From Acidobacteriota bacterium (lineage in GTDB: Bacteria; Acidobacteriota; Thermoanaerobaculia; Gp7-AA8), in the NCBI GenBank assembly GCA_019244185.1, contig JAFATB010000014.1:576001-640000 (forward strand): a stretch of 64,000 nucleotides of DNA. Direction: 5' to 3'. Positions within the stretch are counted from its first letter, which is position 1. Every line of letters begins with the position of its first letter. Under the pieces are notes generated by a model, which searched no databases, was not told the origin of the DNA, and saw only the letters and a list, made by a program, of their open reading frames with translations. A program made the position numbers and the translations under genes. This document shows, piece after piece, positions 44,728 to 53,974 of the stretch.

Positions 44728-47106
44728 ATGACCTCCTACGATCTGCTCATCGTCGGCTCCGGTCCCGCCGGTCTTGCCACCGCCTCGCACGCGCGGGACA
44801 ACGGCCTCGCGTACGCGCTCCTCGAACGCACCGATCATCTCGCCGACACGATCGACAGCTATCAGGCGCGCAAGTTCGTCATGGCCGAGCCGGTGATGAT
44901 CCCCGCGCGCGGCGAGCTGCCGTTCGAGGCCGGCTCGCGCGAGTCGATCCTCGACGCGTGGCAGCGCCATGTCGCGGAGAAGCAGCTCAACGTCGTCTTC
45001 AATGCCGAGGTCAAGTCGCTCGAGAAAAAAACGAGCGGCTTCGTCGTGAAGACCGCGGCAGGCGCGGTTTACGAGGCGAAGAACGTCGTACTCGCGATGG
45101 GGACGCAGGGCAACCCGCGCAAGCTCGGCGTGTCCGGCGACAGTCTGCCGCACGTGCGCTACCGGCTCGTCGATCCGGCGGAACATCAGGATGAAGACAT
45201 CCTCGTCGTCGGCGCGGGCGACTCCGCGCTCGAGATCGCGATCGCGCTCTCCGACGAGAACCGCGTCGGCCTCGTCGTGCGCGGCTCGGAGATCACGCGC
45301 GCGAACGAGATCCTCACGCGCGAAGTGCTCTCGCGGCAGGCCGCGGGACGGATGACGGTCTGGTACAACGCGACCGTTCGCGAAGTCTTCGAAGGCTACG
45401 CCGATCTCACCGTGCGCGGCGACGTCACGCGCGTGCCCGCGGAGCTCATCTTCCTCAAGCTCGGCGCCGATCCGCCGCGTCGCTTCTTCGAGGCCGCGGG
45501 CATCCGCTACAGCGGCGACGCGAAAGACGCGCGGCCGATCCTCAGCCCCGTGCACGAGTCGAGCGTGCCGGGACTCTTCCTCATCGGCGCGGCCAGCGGC
45601 CGCGATCTCATCAAGCTCGGCATGAACCAGGGGTGGGAAGTCGTCGAGCATCTGATGGGACGCGAGGTCGAGCCGGCGGACGAAGCGGTGCTCAAGGAGC
45701 GGCTGCCGTTCTGGAGCGGCTCCGTGCGCGAGCGCATCGCCGCGATCCGCAGCCGTGTGCCGCTGCTCGCCGCCGCCGACGAACAACAGCTGCGCGACAC
45801 GTTTCTCGCCACGCGCGTGCGCGAGTATCGCGACGGCGAGACGATCATCCGCCAGAACGACTACACGAACGACTTCCTCATCATCGTCGCCGGGCGCGTC
45901 GCGCTCTTTCGCCAGCCCGAGCAGTCGCAGAGCGAGGTCCGCATCGCCGAGCTCACCGCCGGCAACTTCTTCGGCGAGATGAGCCTCATCTCCGGCCGCC
46001 GCCGCACCGCCACGGCGCGCGCGGTGGGGGAGACGCGGATGATCGAGATTCCGCGCAAGGCCATTCTCAAGATGCTCGCGTCCGCGCCGCGCGCGAAGGC
46101 GCTCGTCGACCAGGCGTTCCTCCTGCGCGCGTTCGGCGGCTATCTCTTCCCCGGCGTTCCCGAGGCGCTCCTCGGCGAGCTCGTGGACAAGGCGGTCGTG
46201 CAGACGTTCGGCAAGGACGCGCCGGTCTTCAAGCAGGGCGACCACGCCGACGCGTTCTATCTGATCCGCAACGGCATGGTGAAGATCGCCAAGAAGTCGG
46301 GCGACAAGGAAGTCGTGCTGTCGTATCTCGTCGCGGGAAACTTCTTCGGCGAGGCGGCGCTCTTCTCCGACGCGAATCGCACGGCCAGCGTCACCACGAT
46401 CTTTCCGTCCGATCTCATCAAGCTCTCGAAGCGCGACTTCGACGCGTTCCTCGCCGCGCATCCCGATCTGCGCGAGGCGCCGCTGCGCAAGCTCGAGGAG
46501 CGCCGCATCGCCGGCCTCATCGCCGAGGGGACGCCGGGCTCCGGCAACATCCTCGGCGATCTCATTCGCGAGGAAGTGGTGATGGGGACGCAGACGCTGC
46601 TCATCGACGAGCACCGCTGCATCCGCTGCAACAACTGCATCCGCGCGTGCGAAGGCGTGCACGACGACGGACAGGCGCGCCTCTCGCTGACCGGCATCAA
46701 GCTCTACAACCTCCTCGCGCCGAACTCCTGCTGGCAGTGCGAGAACCCGCTGTGCATGCTCGACTGCCCGCCCGACGCGATCGCGCGCGATCCGCGCGGC
46801 GAGGTGTACATCAAGAGCAACTGCATCGGCTGCGGCAACTGCGAGCGCAACTGCCCCTACGGCAACATCTTCATGGTGCACAAGGAGCCGTCGCGCTCCG
46901 TCTTCTCCTGGATCAAAGCTCTCTTCCGCAAAGAGGCCGAGCCAAGCGCCGAACAGACCGTCGCCGTGAAGTGCGATCTCTGCCGCGGCATCAGCGGCGG
47001 CCCCGCGTGCGTGCGCGGATGCCCGACCGGAGCGGCGATCCGGCTGACGCCGGAGCAGTATCGGGAGACGCTGGAGGAGATCGTGATCTCACGAGGCGAG
47101 CGATGA
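44728..47106 (+). CDS. FAD/NAD(P)H oxidoreductase fused to two cNMP-binding domains and a 4x[4Fe-4S] domain
   Basis: GSGPAG and VGAGDSA Rossmann motifs; FFGEMSL...RTAT and FFGEAAL...RTAS; CIRCNNCIRAC, CWQCENPLCMLDCP, CIGCGNCERNCP, KCDLC..PACVRGCP. Confidence 0.92.
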   Translation: MTSYDLLIVGSGPAGLATASHARDNGLAYALLERTDHLADTIDSYQARKFVMAEPVMIPARGELPFEAGSRESILDAWQRHVAEKQLNVVFNAEVKSLEKKTSGFVVKTAAGAVYEAKNVVLAMGTQGNPRKLGVSGDSLPHVRYRLVDPAEHQDEDILVVGAGDSALEIAIALSDENRVGLVVRGSEITRANEILTREVLSRQAAGRMTVWYNATVREVFEGYADLTVRGDVTRVPAELIFLKLGADPPRRFFEAAGIRYSGDAKDARPILSPVHESSVPGLFLIGAASGRDLIKLGMNQGWEVVEHLMGREVEPADEAVLKERLPFWSGSVRERIAAIRSRVPLLAAADEQQLRDTFLATRVREYRDGETIIRQNDYTNDFLIIVAGRVALFRQPEQSQSEVRIAELTAGNFFGEMSLISGRRRTATARAVGETRMIEIPRKAILKMLASAPRAKALVDQAFLLRAFGGYLFPGVPEALLGELVDKAVVQTFGKDAPVFKQGDHADAFYLIRNGMVKIAKKSGDKEVVLSYLVAGNFFGEAALFSDANRTASVTTIFPSDLIKLSKRDFDAFLAAHPDLREAPLRKLEERRIAGLIAEGTPGSGNILGDLIREEVVMGTQTLLIDEHRCIRCNNCIRACEGVHDDGQARLSLTGIKLYNLLAPNSCWQCENPLCMLDCPPDAIARDPRGEVYIKSNCIGCGNCERNCPYGNIFMVHKEPSRSVFSWIKALFRKEAEPSAEQTVAVKCDLCRGISGGPACVRGCPTGAAIRLTPEQYRETLEEIVISRGER

Positions 47107-47199
47107 ATGAAGAACGCAGAACGCAGAACGCAGAATTGAGAAAAGGGAGCCGGTTCTCCTTTCTTCATTCTTCGTTCTGCGTTCTGCGTTCTTCATTCA
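47104..47199. repeat. Palindromic heptamer-repeat element, copy 2
   Basis: 27-bp perfect inverted arms TGAATGAAGAACGCAGAACGCAGAACG / CGTTCTGCGTTCTGCGTTCTTCATTCA; central loop differs from copy 1. Confidence 0.9.
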
Positions 47200-47212
47200 A
47201 GCGGAGGCCAGC

Positions 47213-48046
47213 ATGGCCGTAGCGCGGTCAGGTCCCTTCTGGCGCCGCACCTTCGTCCTCCTCCTCATCGCGCTCACCGCGTCCTACATCAACTACGCGC
47301 GCCGTGAGTTTCCGCACGGCGGCTCGCGCTACGGCCTCGCCTACGGCATCGGCGGCTCCGCGCTGATTCTGCTGCTGGCGTTCTTCGGCATCCGCAAGCG
47401 CTGGTATCGCTCGCGTTTCGGGACGCTCGAGCAATGGCTGCAGTCGCACATCTACCTCGGCGTGCTCGCGCTGGTCGTGCTCGTGTTCCACACCGGGATG
47501 CGCTTTCACGATCGCATCGCCGTGACGACGTTCGTGCTCGTCGTGATCGTCGTCGTCAGCGGGATCTTCGGCGCGATTCTGTACGTGACGCTGCCGCGGA
47601 TGCTGACGGAAGTCGAGAGCAATCTCACCGTCGATGAGATCTCCGAGCAGCTCAACCAGCTCGCGCGTTCGATGGCGCGCATCGCCTCGGGGCGCTCCGC
47701 AGCGTTCCAGCGGATCTACGACGAGCTCCTGCGGCAGTCGATGCCGCGCGGACTCGCGGGCTGGCGCCTGCTGCTCTCGGTCGGCAGCGCGCGCCGCAAG
47801 CAGCAGGAGACCTCGGATTGGGCGCGGCTGCTCGGGCTCGTGCCGATCGACGAGCAGGAAGAGCTGCGGCAGATGCTCGTCGTCTCGCGGCAGCGCAAAG
47901 AGCTCCTGCTGCGGCTCGTCTATCGCCAGCGCTACAAGAACGCGCTCGAGGCGTGGCTCTACGTGCACGTGCCGTTCACCATCGCGCTCATCGTCTTCGC
48001 CGTCGTGCACGTCGCGGCGGTGTTTTATTACGGGAGGGTCTGGTGA
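47213..48046 (+). CDS. Membrane protein, probable di-haem cytochrome b (ferric-reductase-like TM)
   Basis: Two TM helices each carry a His pair 14 residues apart (HIYLGVLALVVLVFH; HVPFTIALIVFAVVH); GGAGG RBS. Confidence 0.75.
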   Translation: MAVARSGPFWRRTFVLLLIALTASYINYARREFPHGGSRYGLAYGIGGSALILLLAFFGIRKRWYRSRFGTLEQWLQSHIYLGVLALVVLVFHTGMRFHDRIAVTTFVLVVIVVVSGIFGAILYVTLPRMLTEVESNLTVDEISEQLNQLARSMARIASGRSAAFQRIYDELLRQSMPRGLAGWRLLLSVGSARRKQQETSDWARLLGLVPIDEQEELRQMLVVSRQRKELLLRLVYRQRYKNALEAWLYVHVPFTIALIVFAVVHVAAVFYYGRVW

Positions 48047-50331
48047 GCTTTCTCATCCAGCGGACGGCCGGCCGCGGATTGACGCTCACGCAGGTGCAGG
48101 CGCCGGTGCTGCGCATCGGCCGCGGCACGAATCAGGAGCTGCGCTCCGAGAACCCCGCGGTCGCGCTCGAGCACGCGGTCATCGAAGTCGACAGCGCCGG
48201 CTACGTCATCACCGACAAGGGCTCGATCACCGGCACGTACGTCAATCGCCGGCCCGTCGAGTCGGCGCGTCTCGCGAAAGGCGACGTCATCGAGATCGGC
48301 GACCTCCGCGTCGAAGTGCAGCTCGCCGATCCCGCGAAACCGCTCTTCCTCCGCGTCGTCACCACGCGCGTCGCGACGGCGGTCGTCGTGGATGATGAAG
48401 AAGAGCACGCGGCCGCCGCGGCGGTCGTGGCGCCGGGCGCGCGCGTCGTGCGCGCGAAAAAGATCGATTACGCCGGCGCGTACCGCCTCGCGCGTCCGTA
48501 TCTGACGAAGCTCTCGCTCACGGCGATCCTGCTCATCCTCGCGCTCGGCCTCATCGGCGCGCTCGCGCAGCCGGAGAACCAGCGCTTCTTCCGCCCGGGC
48601 GACGTCTCGTCCGCGCACGCGCGCGCGGCGGGCGGCATCGGCGATCGCTGCGACGCGTGTCATACGCCGTGGCGCAGCGTCGACAACAACAAGTGCAAGA
48701 GCTGTCACGCGCAGCAGGCGCACGCGACGCTCGAGAAAGATCCGCCCGCGTGCTCGACGTGTCACGCCGAGCATCGCGCGCAGATGAAGCTCGCGAACCT
48801 CCCGCAGTCGCGCTGCACGAGCTGTCACGCGAACCTGGGCGCACACGTCGTCGCCGCGCCCGCGCAGCTCGTCGCGTTCCGCGCCGCGGACGACCGCTAC
48901 GACTTCGACGACATCGCGCACATCGCCTCGTTCGACACGCACCCCGACTTCCGCTATCTGCCCGACCGCGACACGCTGCGCTTCAACCACAAGCTCCATC
49001 TCGCGCCGCGCGGCATCTTCAACGCATCGGGCCGGCGCGAGATCCTGCAATGCGTGGGCTGCCACGAGCAGATCACCGTCAAAGGCAAGACCGATCCCGC
49101 GCCGATCCGGTTCGAGAAGCACTGCCAGCGCTGCCACCGCCTCACGTTCGACGCGCGTTTCGGCGACGCGGAAGTGCCGCACGGCGGCGATCCCGGCATC
49201 GTCTACGGGTTCGTCGTCGGCATGTACACCGGCAACCGCGACCTCGCGAGCAAGTCACCCGAGGAAGTGCGGCGGATGCTCACGACGGGGCGCGCGACGT
49301 CGAACGATCCGGGGGCGGTGCTGCACGCCGAGCAGGTCATCAAGACGAAGTGCACGAAGTGCCACGACGTGCAGCGCGCGGGCGCGCGGCTCGCGGTGAC
49401 GAAGCCGGTCCTCGCGTCGGTGTGGCTCACGCGCTCGCGCTTCTCGCACGGGCCGCATCGCAACGTCGCGTGCGAGAGCTGTCATCGCGCGTCGAACAGC
49501 GTCGCCACGAGCGACGTGATCATGCCGCACCGCGACGACTGCGTCACCTGTCACGCGCAGAACGCGAAGACGATGCAGGCGGCGAGCACATGCCTGGGCT
49601 GTCACGAGTATCATCAACACACCCAGAGACCGGTTGTGACGGCATCGCTCGCCCAGGCAGGAATGGGCGGGCTCGGAAGCGGAGGGCGAATGCTGCAGGG
49701 GATCCTGCTCGCGGTGATCGTGGTGTTGCTGCTGGTCGTGCTCGTGCCGGTCGGCATCGCTCTGTTCCAGCGGTTGCGTCCGGAGCGTTCCGCGCCCGCG
49801 CCGCGCGAGCGAGCGACGCCCGCGCCGCCGCCACCGCCGGCGATGCTCGCGCGTCCCGACGGCGTGACGGACAAGGTGCCGCGCCAGAGCGCGCCGCCTC
49901 CGCCCGATCTCACGCCGCGCGCCGCGGAAGCGCCCGCGCCGCCGTCCACGGTCGTCACGCCGATCCGCGAAGACACGGTCGTCAACCTCGACGAGCCGAA
50001 AGCTTCGAGCACGGAGATGGTGCAGTGGTACGGCATGCTGAACTGCACGGGCGGCCCGCTCGAAGGACAGCGCTTCATCATCGACGAGGCGGGCTTCTAC
50101 ATCGGCCGCGATCCCGCGCTCGCGAAAGTCGTGGTGCCCGACACGCGCGTTTCGAAGCGCCATCTGCGCATCGTGCCGCGCGACGGAAAAGTGTGGGCGA
50201 TCGATCAGGGCTCGACGAACGGAACGTTCCTCACGTCGGCGCCGACGCAGCGGATCACCGAGGTGCAGTTGAAGCGCGGCGATACGCTGGTGCTCGGGGA
50301 TAACGCGGCCACGTTCATCTATCAGATATGA
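48043..50331 (+). CDS. FHA - TM - decahaem cytochrome c - TM - Pro-rich - FHA protein
   Basis: GTGA overlap start; 10 CxxCH (CDACH, CKSCH, CSTCH, CTSCH, CVGCH, CQRCH, CTKCH, CESCH, CVTCH, CLGCH); FHA motifs at both ends. Confidence 0.88.
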   Translation: MSFLIQRTAGRGLTLTQVQAPVLRIGRGTNQELRSENPAVALEHAVIEVDSAGYVITDKGSITGTYVNRRPVESARLAKGDVIEIGDLRVEVQLADPAKPLFLRVVTTRVATAVVVDDEEEHAAAAAVVAPGARVVRAKKIDYAGAYRLARPYLTKLSLTAILLILALGLIGALAQPENQRFFRPGDVSSAHARAAGGIGDRCDACHTPWRSVDNNKCKSCHAQQAHATLEKDPPACSTCHAEHRAQMKLANLPQSRCTSCHANLGAHVVAAPAQLVAFRAADDRYDFDDIAHIASFDTHPDFRYLPDRDTLRFNHKLHLAPRGIFNASGRREILQCVGCHEQITVKGKTDPAPIRFEKHCQRCHRLTFDARFGDAEVPHGGDPGIVYGFVVGMYTGNRDLASKSPEEVRRMLTTGRATSNDPGAVLHAEQVIKTKCTKCHDVQRAGARLAVTKPVLASVWLTRSRFSHGPHRNVACESCHRASNSVATSDVIMPHRDDCVTCHAQNAKTMQAASTCLGCHEYHQHTQRPVVTASLAQAGMGGLGSGGRMLQGILLAVIVVLLLVVLVPVGIALFQRLRPERSAPAPRERATPAPPPPPAMLARPDGVTDKVPRQSAPPPPDLTPRAAEAPAPPSTVVTPIREDTVVNLDEPKASSTEMVQWYGMLNCTGGPLEGQRFIIDEAGFYIGRDPALAKVVVPDTRVSKRHLRIVPRDGKVWAIDQGSTNGTFLTSAPTQRITEVQLKRGDTLVLGDNAATFIYQI

Positions 50332-52061
50332 GACGCCTCGCCGCGGCACTCCTCGTCGCCGGGGTGGCGTGGTCGGCGGAAGCGGCGCGCGTGCGTGCGG
50401 TGCGCACGGGCGGCACGCCCGCGCCGGTGCCGCAGGCGATTCCGGTCTATCCGGAGCCGGCGGGTTGCGCGGTGCCGCCGGTGTTTCCCGGCGCGACGTG
50501 CAGTGAAGGCTCCGCGGCGTTCGCGGCGTTGCGCGACAACGAAGTCGACGCCGTCGTGCGCGCCGCGGCGAAAGCGCTCGACGTGCCGATGACCATCGCC
50601 GTCGTCGACCGCGCGGGACGCGTCCTCGCGCTCGCGCACAAGGCGGGAGCGGGCAGCGCGACGGACGATGATCTCGCCGTCGGTGTTGCGCGCACGGCCG
50701 CGTTCTTCAGCCACGACATGGCGCCGCTCTCGTCGCGCACCGTGCGCTTCCTCAGCGGCGTGCACTTTCCGCCCGGCATCACGAACACGCCCAGCGCCGC
50801 GCTGTACGGCATCGAGAACACGAACCGCGGCTGCGACATGAACCTCGACTTCGTCGCGGGGCAGTGTCTGCCCACGGCGCGCAGCGTGAACGGTTTGCCG
50901 TGCGACTCGACGAACGCGTCCGGCTGCGGCCCGGGTATCGTCACCGGGAAGGTCTTCCCGAACGACGCCGATCCGTCGAGCGTGAACGCCGGAGGAATTC
51001 CGCTGTACCGCGTCGACGCGAACGGCGGCGTCGTGTCGAATGGAAAGCTCGTCGGCGCGATCGGCATCAGCGGCGTCGGCGGCGACTCGCAGCGCGCGGA
51101 GTTCGCGTCGGTCAGCGGCGCATTCGGCTCGCTCGTCACCGGCATCGCGCCCGTGCCGTTCTATCCGCTGCCCGATCCCGGCAACGTCTTCATCGACGGC
51201 GTGCGCCTGCCGTTCCTCGGCCCCGATCTGCGCCTCACGTTCGCGAACGACGGTCTGCCGAACGGCGTGCGCCGGCTCGACGGCACGAGCGCCGGCACCG
51301 ACGCGACGCTCGTCTACGCGATCGCACCGGGCTTCGGCGGCTGCGCGCCGAACGGCTATCTCGTCGCGCCGCGTGCGAGCAGCGTGTCCGCGTTGAGCGC
51401 GGTCGACGTCGACACCATCGTGCAGCGCGCGATCGCGACGGCGAAGAAAACGCGCGCGGTCATCCGCCTGCCGCTCAACAGCTACGCGCGCATGGTCATC
51501 GCCGTGGCCGATACCGACGGAACGATTCTCGCGCTGTACCGCATGCCCGACGCGACGGTCTTCTCCGTCGACGTCGCGGTGGCGAAGTCACGCAACGTCG
51601 TCTACTTCAGCCAGCACGGCATCGGCTCGTCGGTGCCTGCGGGAACCGCGGTCAGCAACCGGACGATTGCATTCGGGGGCCAGCCGACGTTCCCCTCCGG
51701 CATCGACTCTCACGTCTTCGATCCGCGCGAAGGGCCGTGGTATCAGTCGCTCTTCGTCCACGACCTCGCCAATCCCTGCTCGCAGGGCACGCAGCCGGCG
51801 AACCCGAATCAGAACGGAATCGTCTTCTTCGCCGGCTCGACGCCGCTCTATCGCGGCTCGACGCTCGTCGGCGGCCTCGGCGTCAGCGGCGACGGCATCG
51901 AGCAGGACGACTACGTCTCATACTACGGCGCCGGCGAGCTTCTCCCGCCGCAGTCGATCTGGGCCGATCAAATCGTCGTCGACGGCGTGCGCCTGCCGAT
52001 GTTCAAGTTCCCCCGTCACCCGGAAGGAGTCACCGAGTGCGGAGGGCAGCCGTGCAGCTGA
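50328..52061 (+). CDS. Secreted tandem GlcG/HbpS-like haem-binding protein
   Basis: Signal peptide; two units of IAV.D..G..LA ... P.Y....LVG..G.SG; ATGA overlap with the upstream gene. Confidence 0.82.
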   Translation: MRRLAAALLVAGVAWSAEAARVRAVRTGGTPAPVPQAIPVYPEPAGCAVPPVFPGATCSEGSAAFAALRDNEVDAVVRAAAKALDVPMTIAVVDRAGRVLALAHKAGAGSATDDDLAVGVARTAAFFSHDMAPLSSRTVRFLSGVHFPPGITNTPSAALYGIENTNRGCDMNLDFVAGQCLPTARSVNGLPCDSTNASGCGPGIVTGKVFPNDADPSSVNAGGIPLYRVDANGGVVSNGKLVGAIGISGVGGDSQRAEFASVSGAFGSLVTGIAPVPFYPLPDPGNVFIDGVRLPFLGPDLRLTFANDGLPNGVRRLDGTSAGTDATLVYAIAPGFGGCAPNGYLVAPRASSVSALSAVDVDTIVQRAIATAKKTRAVIRLPLNSYARMVIAVADTDGTILALYRMPDATVFSVDVAVAKSRNVVYFSQHGIGSSVPAGTAVSNRTIAFGGQPTFPSGIDSHVFDPREGPWYQSLFVHDLANPCSQGTQPANPNQNGIVFFAGSTPLYRGSTLVGGLGVSGDGIEQDDYVSYYGAGELLPPQSIWADQIVVDGVRLPMFKFPRHPEGVTECGGQPCS

Positions 52062-53974
52062 TCGCGGTCCTCGTCGCCACGCTCCTCGCGAACGGCGTCA
52101 TCTTCACCGACGAGATCCCCTTCACGCTCAACGGCACGACCGCGGCGGCGCCGGGCACGCGCGTCGTCGTGATGGTCGCCGGTGCGCGCGGCGAGACCGT
52201 CGTCGGCGCGGACGGCACGTGGTCGCTGCTCTGGACCGCTCCGCTGAAAACCGGGACGTATGACATCACGGTGGATGTCGGCGGAGCCGTCGAGACGCAA
52301 CTCCTGCGCGTGCAACTCCCCGGAATTCTGGCTCGCCAGCCGGGCATCGAGCCGTCCTTGCCGAAGTATGCCGAGCCGCCGCCGCCCGAGCCGTCGCTGC
52401 AGGAGATGACCGATCGCTGGCGGATCGTACCGCCGCCGTACGAGCTCGACGAGCACTCGCGCGGCCGTCTCGATCCGTACAACCAGAACGTCCTCAAGGG
52501 CGACTTTCCGATCAGCGGCAATGACACGTTCTTCGTGCTGACCGGCATCAGCGACACGCTCTCCGAAGCGCGCACGCTGCCGACGCCGAGCAACGTCAGC
52601 TCCGACCGGCCGGGGAGCTTCCGCTTCTTCGGACGCGACGCGCAGGGACTCTTCGTTCAGAACCTCATTCTCTCGGGCGATCTCTTCGAAGGCGACACCA
52701 CCTTTCAGCCGGTCAAGCAGCGCGTGAAGATGACGCTCGTCGCGAACGCGAACTACGTGCGCGTCGAAGAGAACGGCATCCTCAAACCCGACGTCCGCCG
52801 CGGCACCACGCGTGGCGACGGTCGTCTGTCGCTGCAGGAGCTCTTCTACGAGCGGCGCCTGCGCACGCTCTCGCCGAACTTCGACTTCGTCTCGTTCCGC
52901 GCCGGCATTCAGCCGTTCTCGAGCGACTTCCGCGGCTTCATCTTCTCCGACACGAACGCGGGCGTCCGCGGCTTCGGCAACCTGCGCGCGAATCGCATCC
53001 AGTACAACCTCGCGCTCTTCGACCGCCTCGAGAAAGACACGAACAGCGGCCTCAATCTGCTGAAGCGCCGCGACCAGCAGGTGCTCGTCGCGAACGTCTA
53101 CCTGCAGGACTTTTTCCGCCACGGCTACACGCAGTCGTTCTCGATCCACCACGTGCGCGACGGCGCGTCCGTCGCCTACGACCGCAACGGCGTGCTCGTG
53201 CGGCCGGCACCTGTCGGCGAAGCCAAGCCGCACGACGTCGAGGCGACCTACGTCGGCGAGGCGGGCCTCGGACACCTCGGCCGCTTCAACGTCGATCATG
53301 CCGCGTACTTTGTCTTCGGCCGCGACTCGCTCAATCCGATCGCCGGCGCCGATCCGCTGCTGCGCGGCCGCGACTCGGTGCGCATCGGCGCGGGGATGGC
53401 TGCGCTCGAAGTCTCCTACGATCACGACTGGCTGCGCCCGCGTCTCGGCTTCTTCTACGCGAGCGGCGACCGCAATCCGCGCGACCGCACCGCGCGCGGC
53501 TTTGATTCGATCTTCGACAACCCCGCGTTCGCCGGCGGCGGCTTCTCGTTCTTCAACCGCCTCGGCATCCGCTTCGCGTCGACCGGCGTCACGCTCGTCG
53601 ACCGCGGCAGCCTCCTGCCGTCGCTGCGCAGCAGCAAGGACGAAGGGCAGCCGAACTACGTCAACCCCGGCGTGCAGCTCGCGACGCTCGGTCTCGACGT
53701 CGACGTCACGCCGCGCCTCAAGGCCATCTTCACCGGCAACTACATCCGTTTCGATGCGACGGAGTCGCTCGAAGAGATTCTCTTCCAGGGCAACATCCGC
53801 AAAGACCTCGGCACCGATCTCAGCGCCGGCTTTCGCTACCGGCCGTTCCTCAGCAACAACATCGTCGTCGTCGGCGGGGCCGCGGTGCTGCTGCCCGGCC
53901 GCGGCTTCGCAGACATCTACGAGAAAAAAGACCCGCTGTACCACACGTTTGTGGACCTCATTCTTCAGTTCTGA
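52052..53974 (+). CDS. Outer-membrane beta-barrel protein (porin/alginate-export-like) with N-terminal Ig-like domain
   Basis: GGAGGG RBS and GTG 52052; amphipathic strands; ASGD...GFDSIF motif; C-terminal Phe (LILQF). Confidence 0.78.
   Translation: MQLIAVLVATLLANGVIFTDEIPFTLNGTTAAAPGTRVVVMVAGARGETVVGADGTWSLLWTAPLKTGTYDITVDVGGAVETQLLRVQLPGILARQPGIEPSLPKYAEPPPPEPSLQEMTDRWRIVPPPYELDEHSRGRLDPYNQNVLKGDFPISGNDTFFVLTGISDTLSEARTLPTPSNVSSDRPGSFRFFGRDAQGLFVQNLILSGDLFEGDTTFQPVKQRVKMTLVANANYVRVEENGILKPDVRRGTTRGDGRLSLQELFYERRLRTLSPNFDFVSFRAGIQPFSSDFRGFIFSDTNAGVRGFGNLRANRIQYNLALFDRLEKDTNSGLNLLKRRDQQVLVANVYLQDFFRHGYTQSFSIHHVRDGASVAYDRNGVLVRPAPVGEAKPHDVEATYVGEAGLGHLGRFNVDHAAYFVFGRDSLNPIAGADPLLRGRDSVRIGAGMAALEVSYDHDWLRPRLGFFYASGDRNPRDRTARGFDSIFDNPAFAGGGFSFFNRLGIRFASTGVTLVDRGSLLPSLRSSKDEGQPNYVNPGVQLATLGLDVDVTPRLKAIFTGNYIRFDATESLEEILFQGNIRKDLGTDLSAGFRYRPFLSNNIVVVGGAAVLLPGRGFADIYEKKDPLYHTFVDLILQF

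Noticed and set aside
50864-52051. N-terminal extension of the 1036-aa ORF
   Set aside because: Overlaps the haem-binding gene out of frame; the real start is probably GTG 52052 with an RBS.
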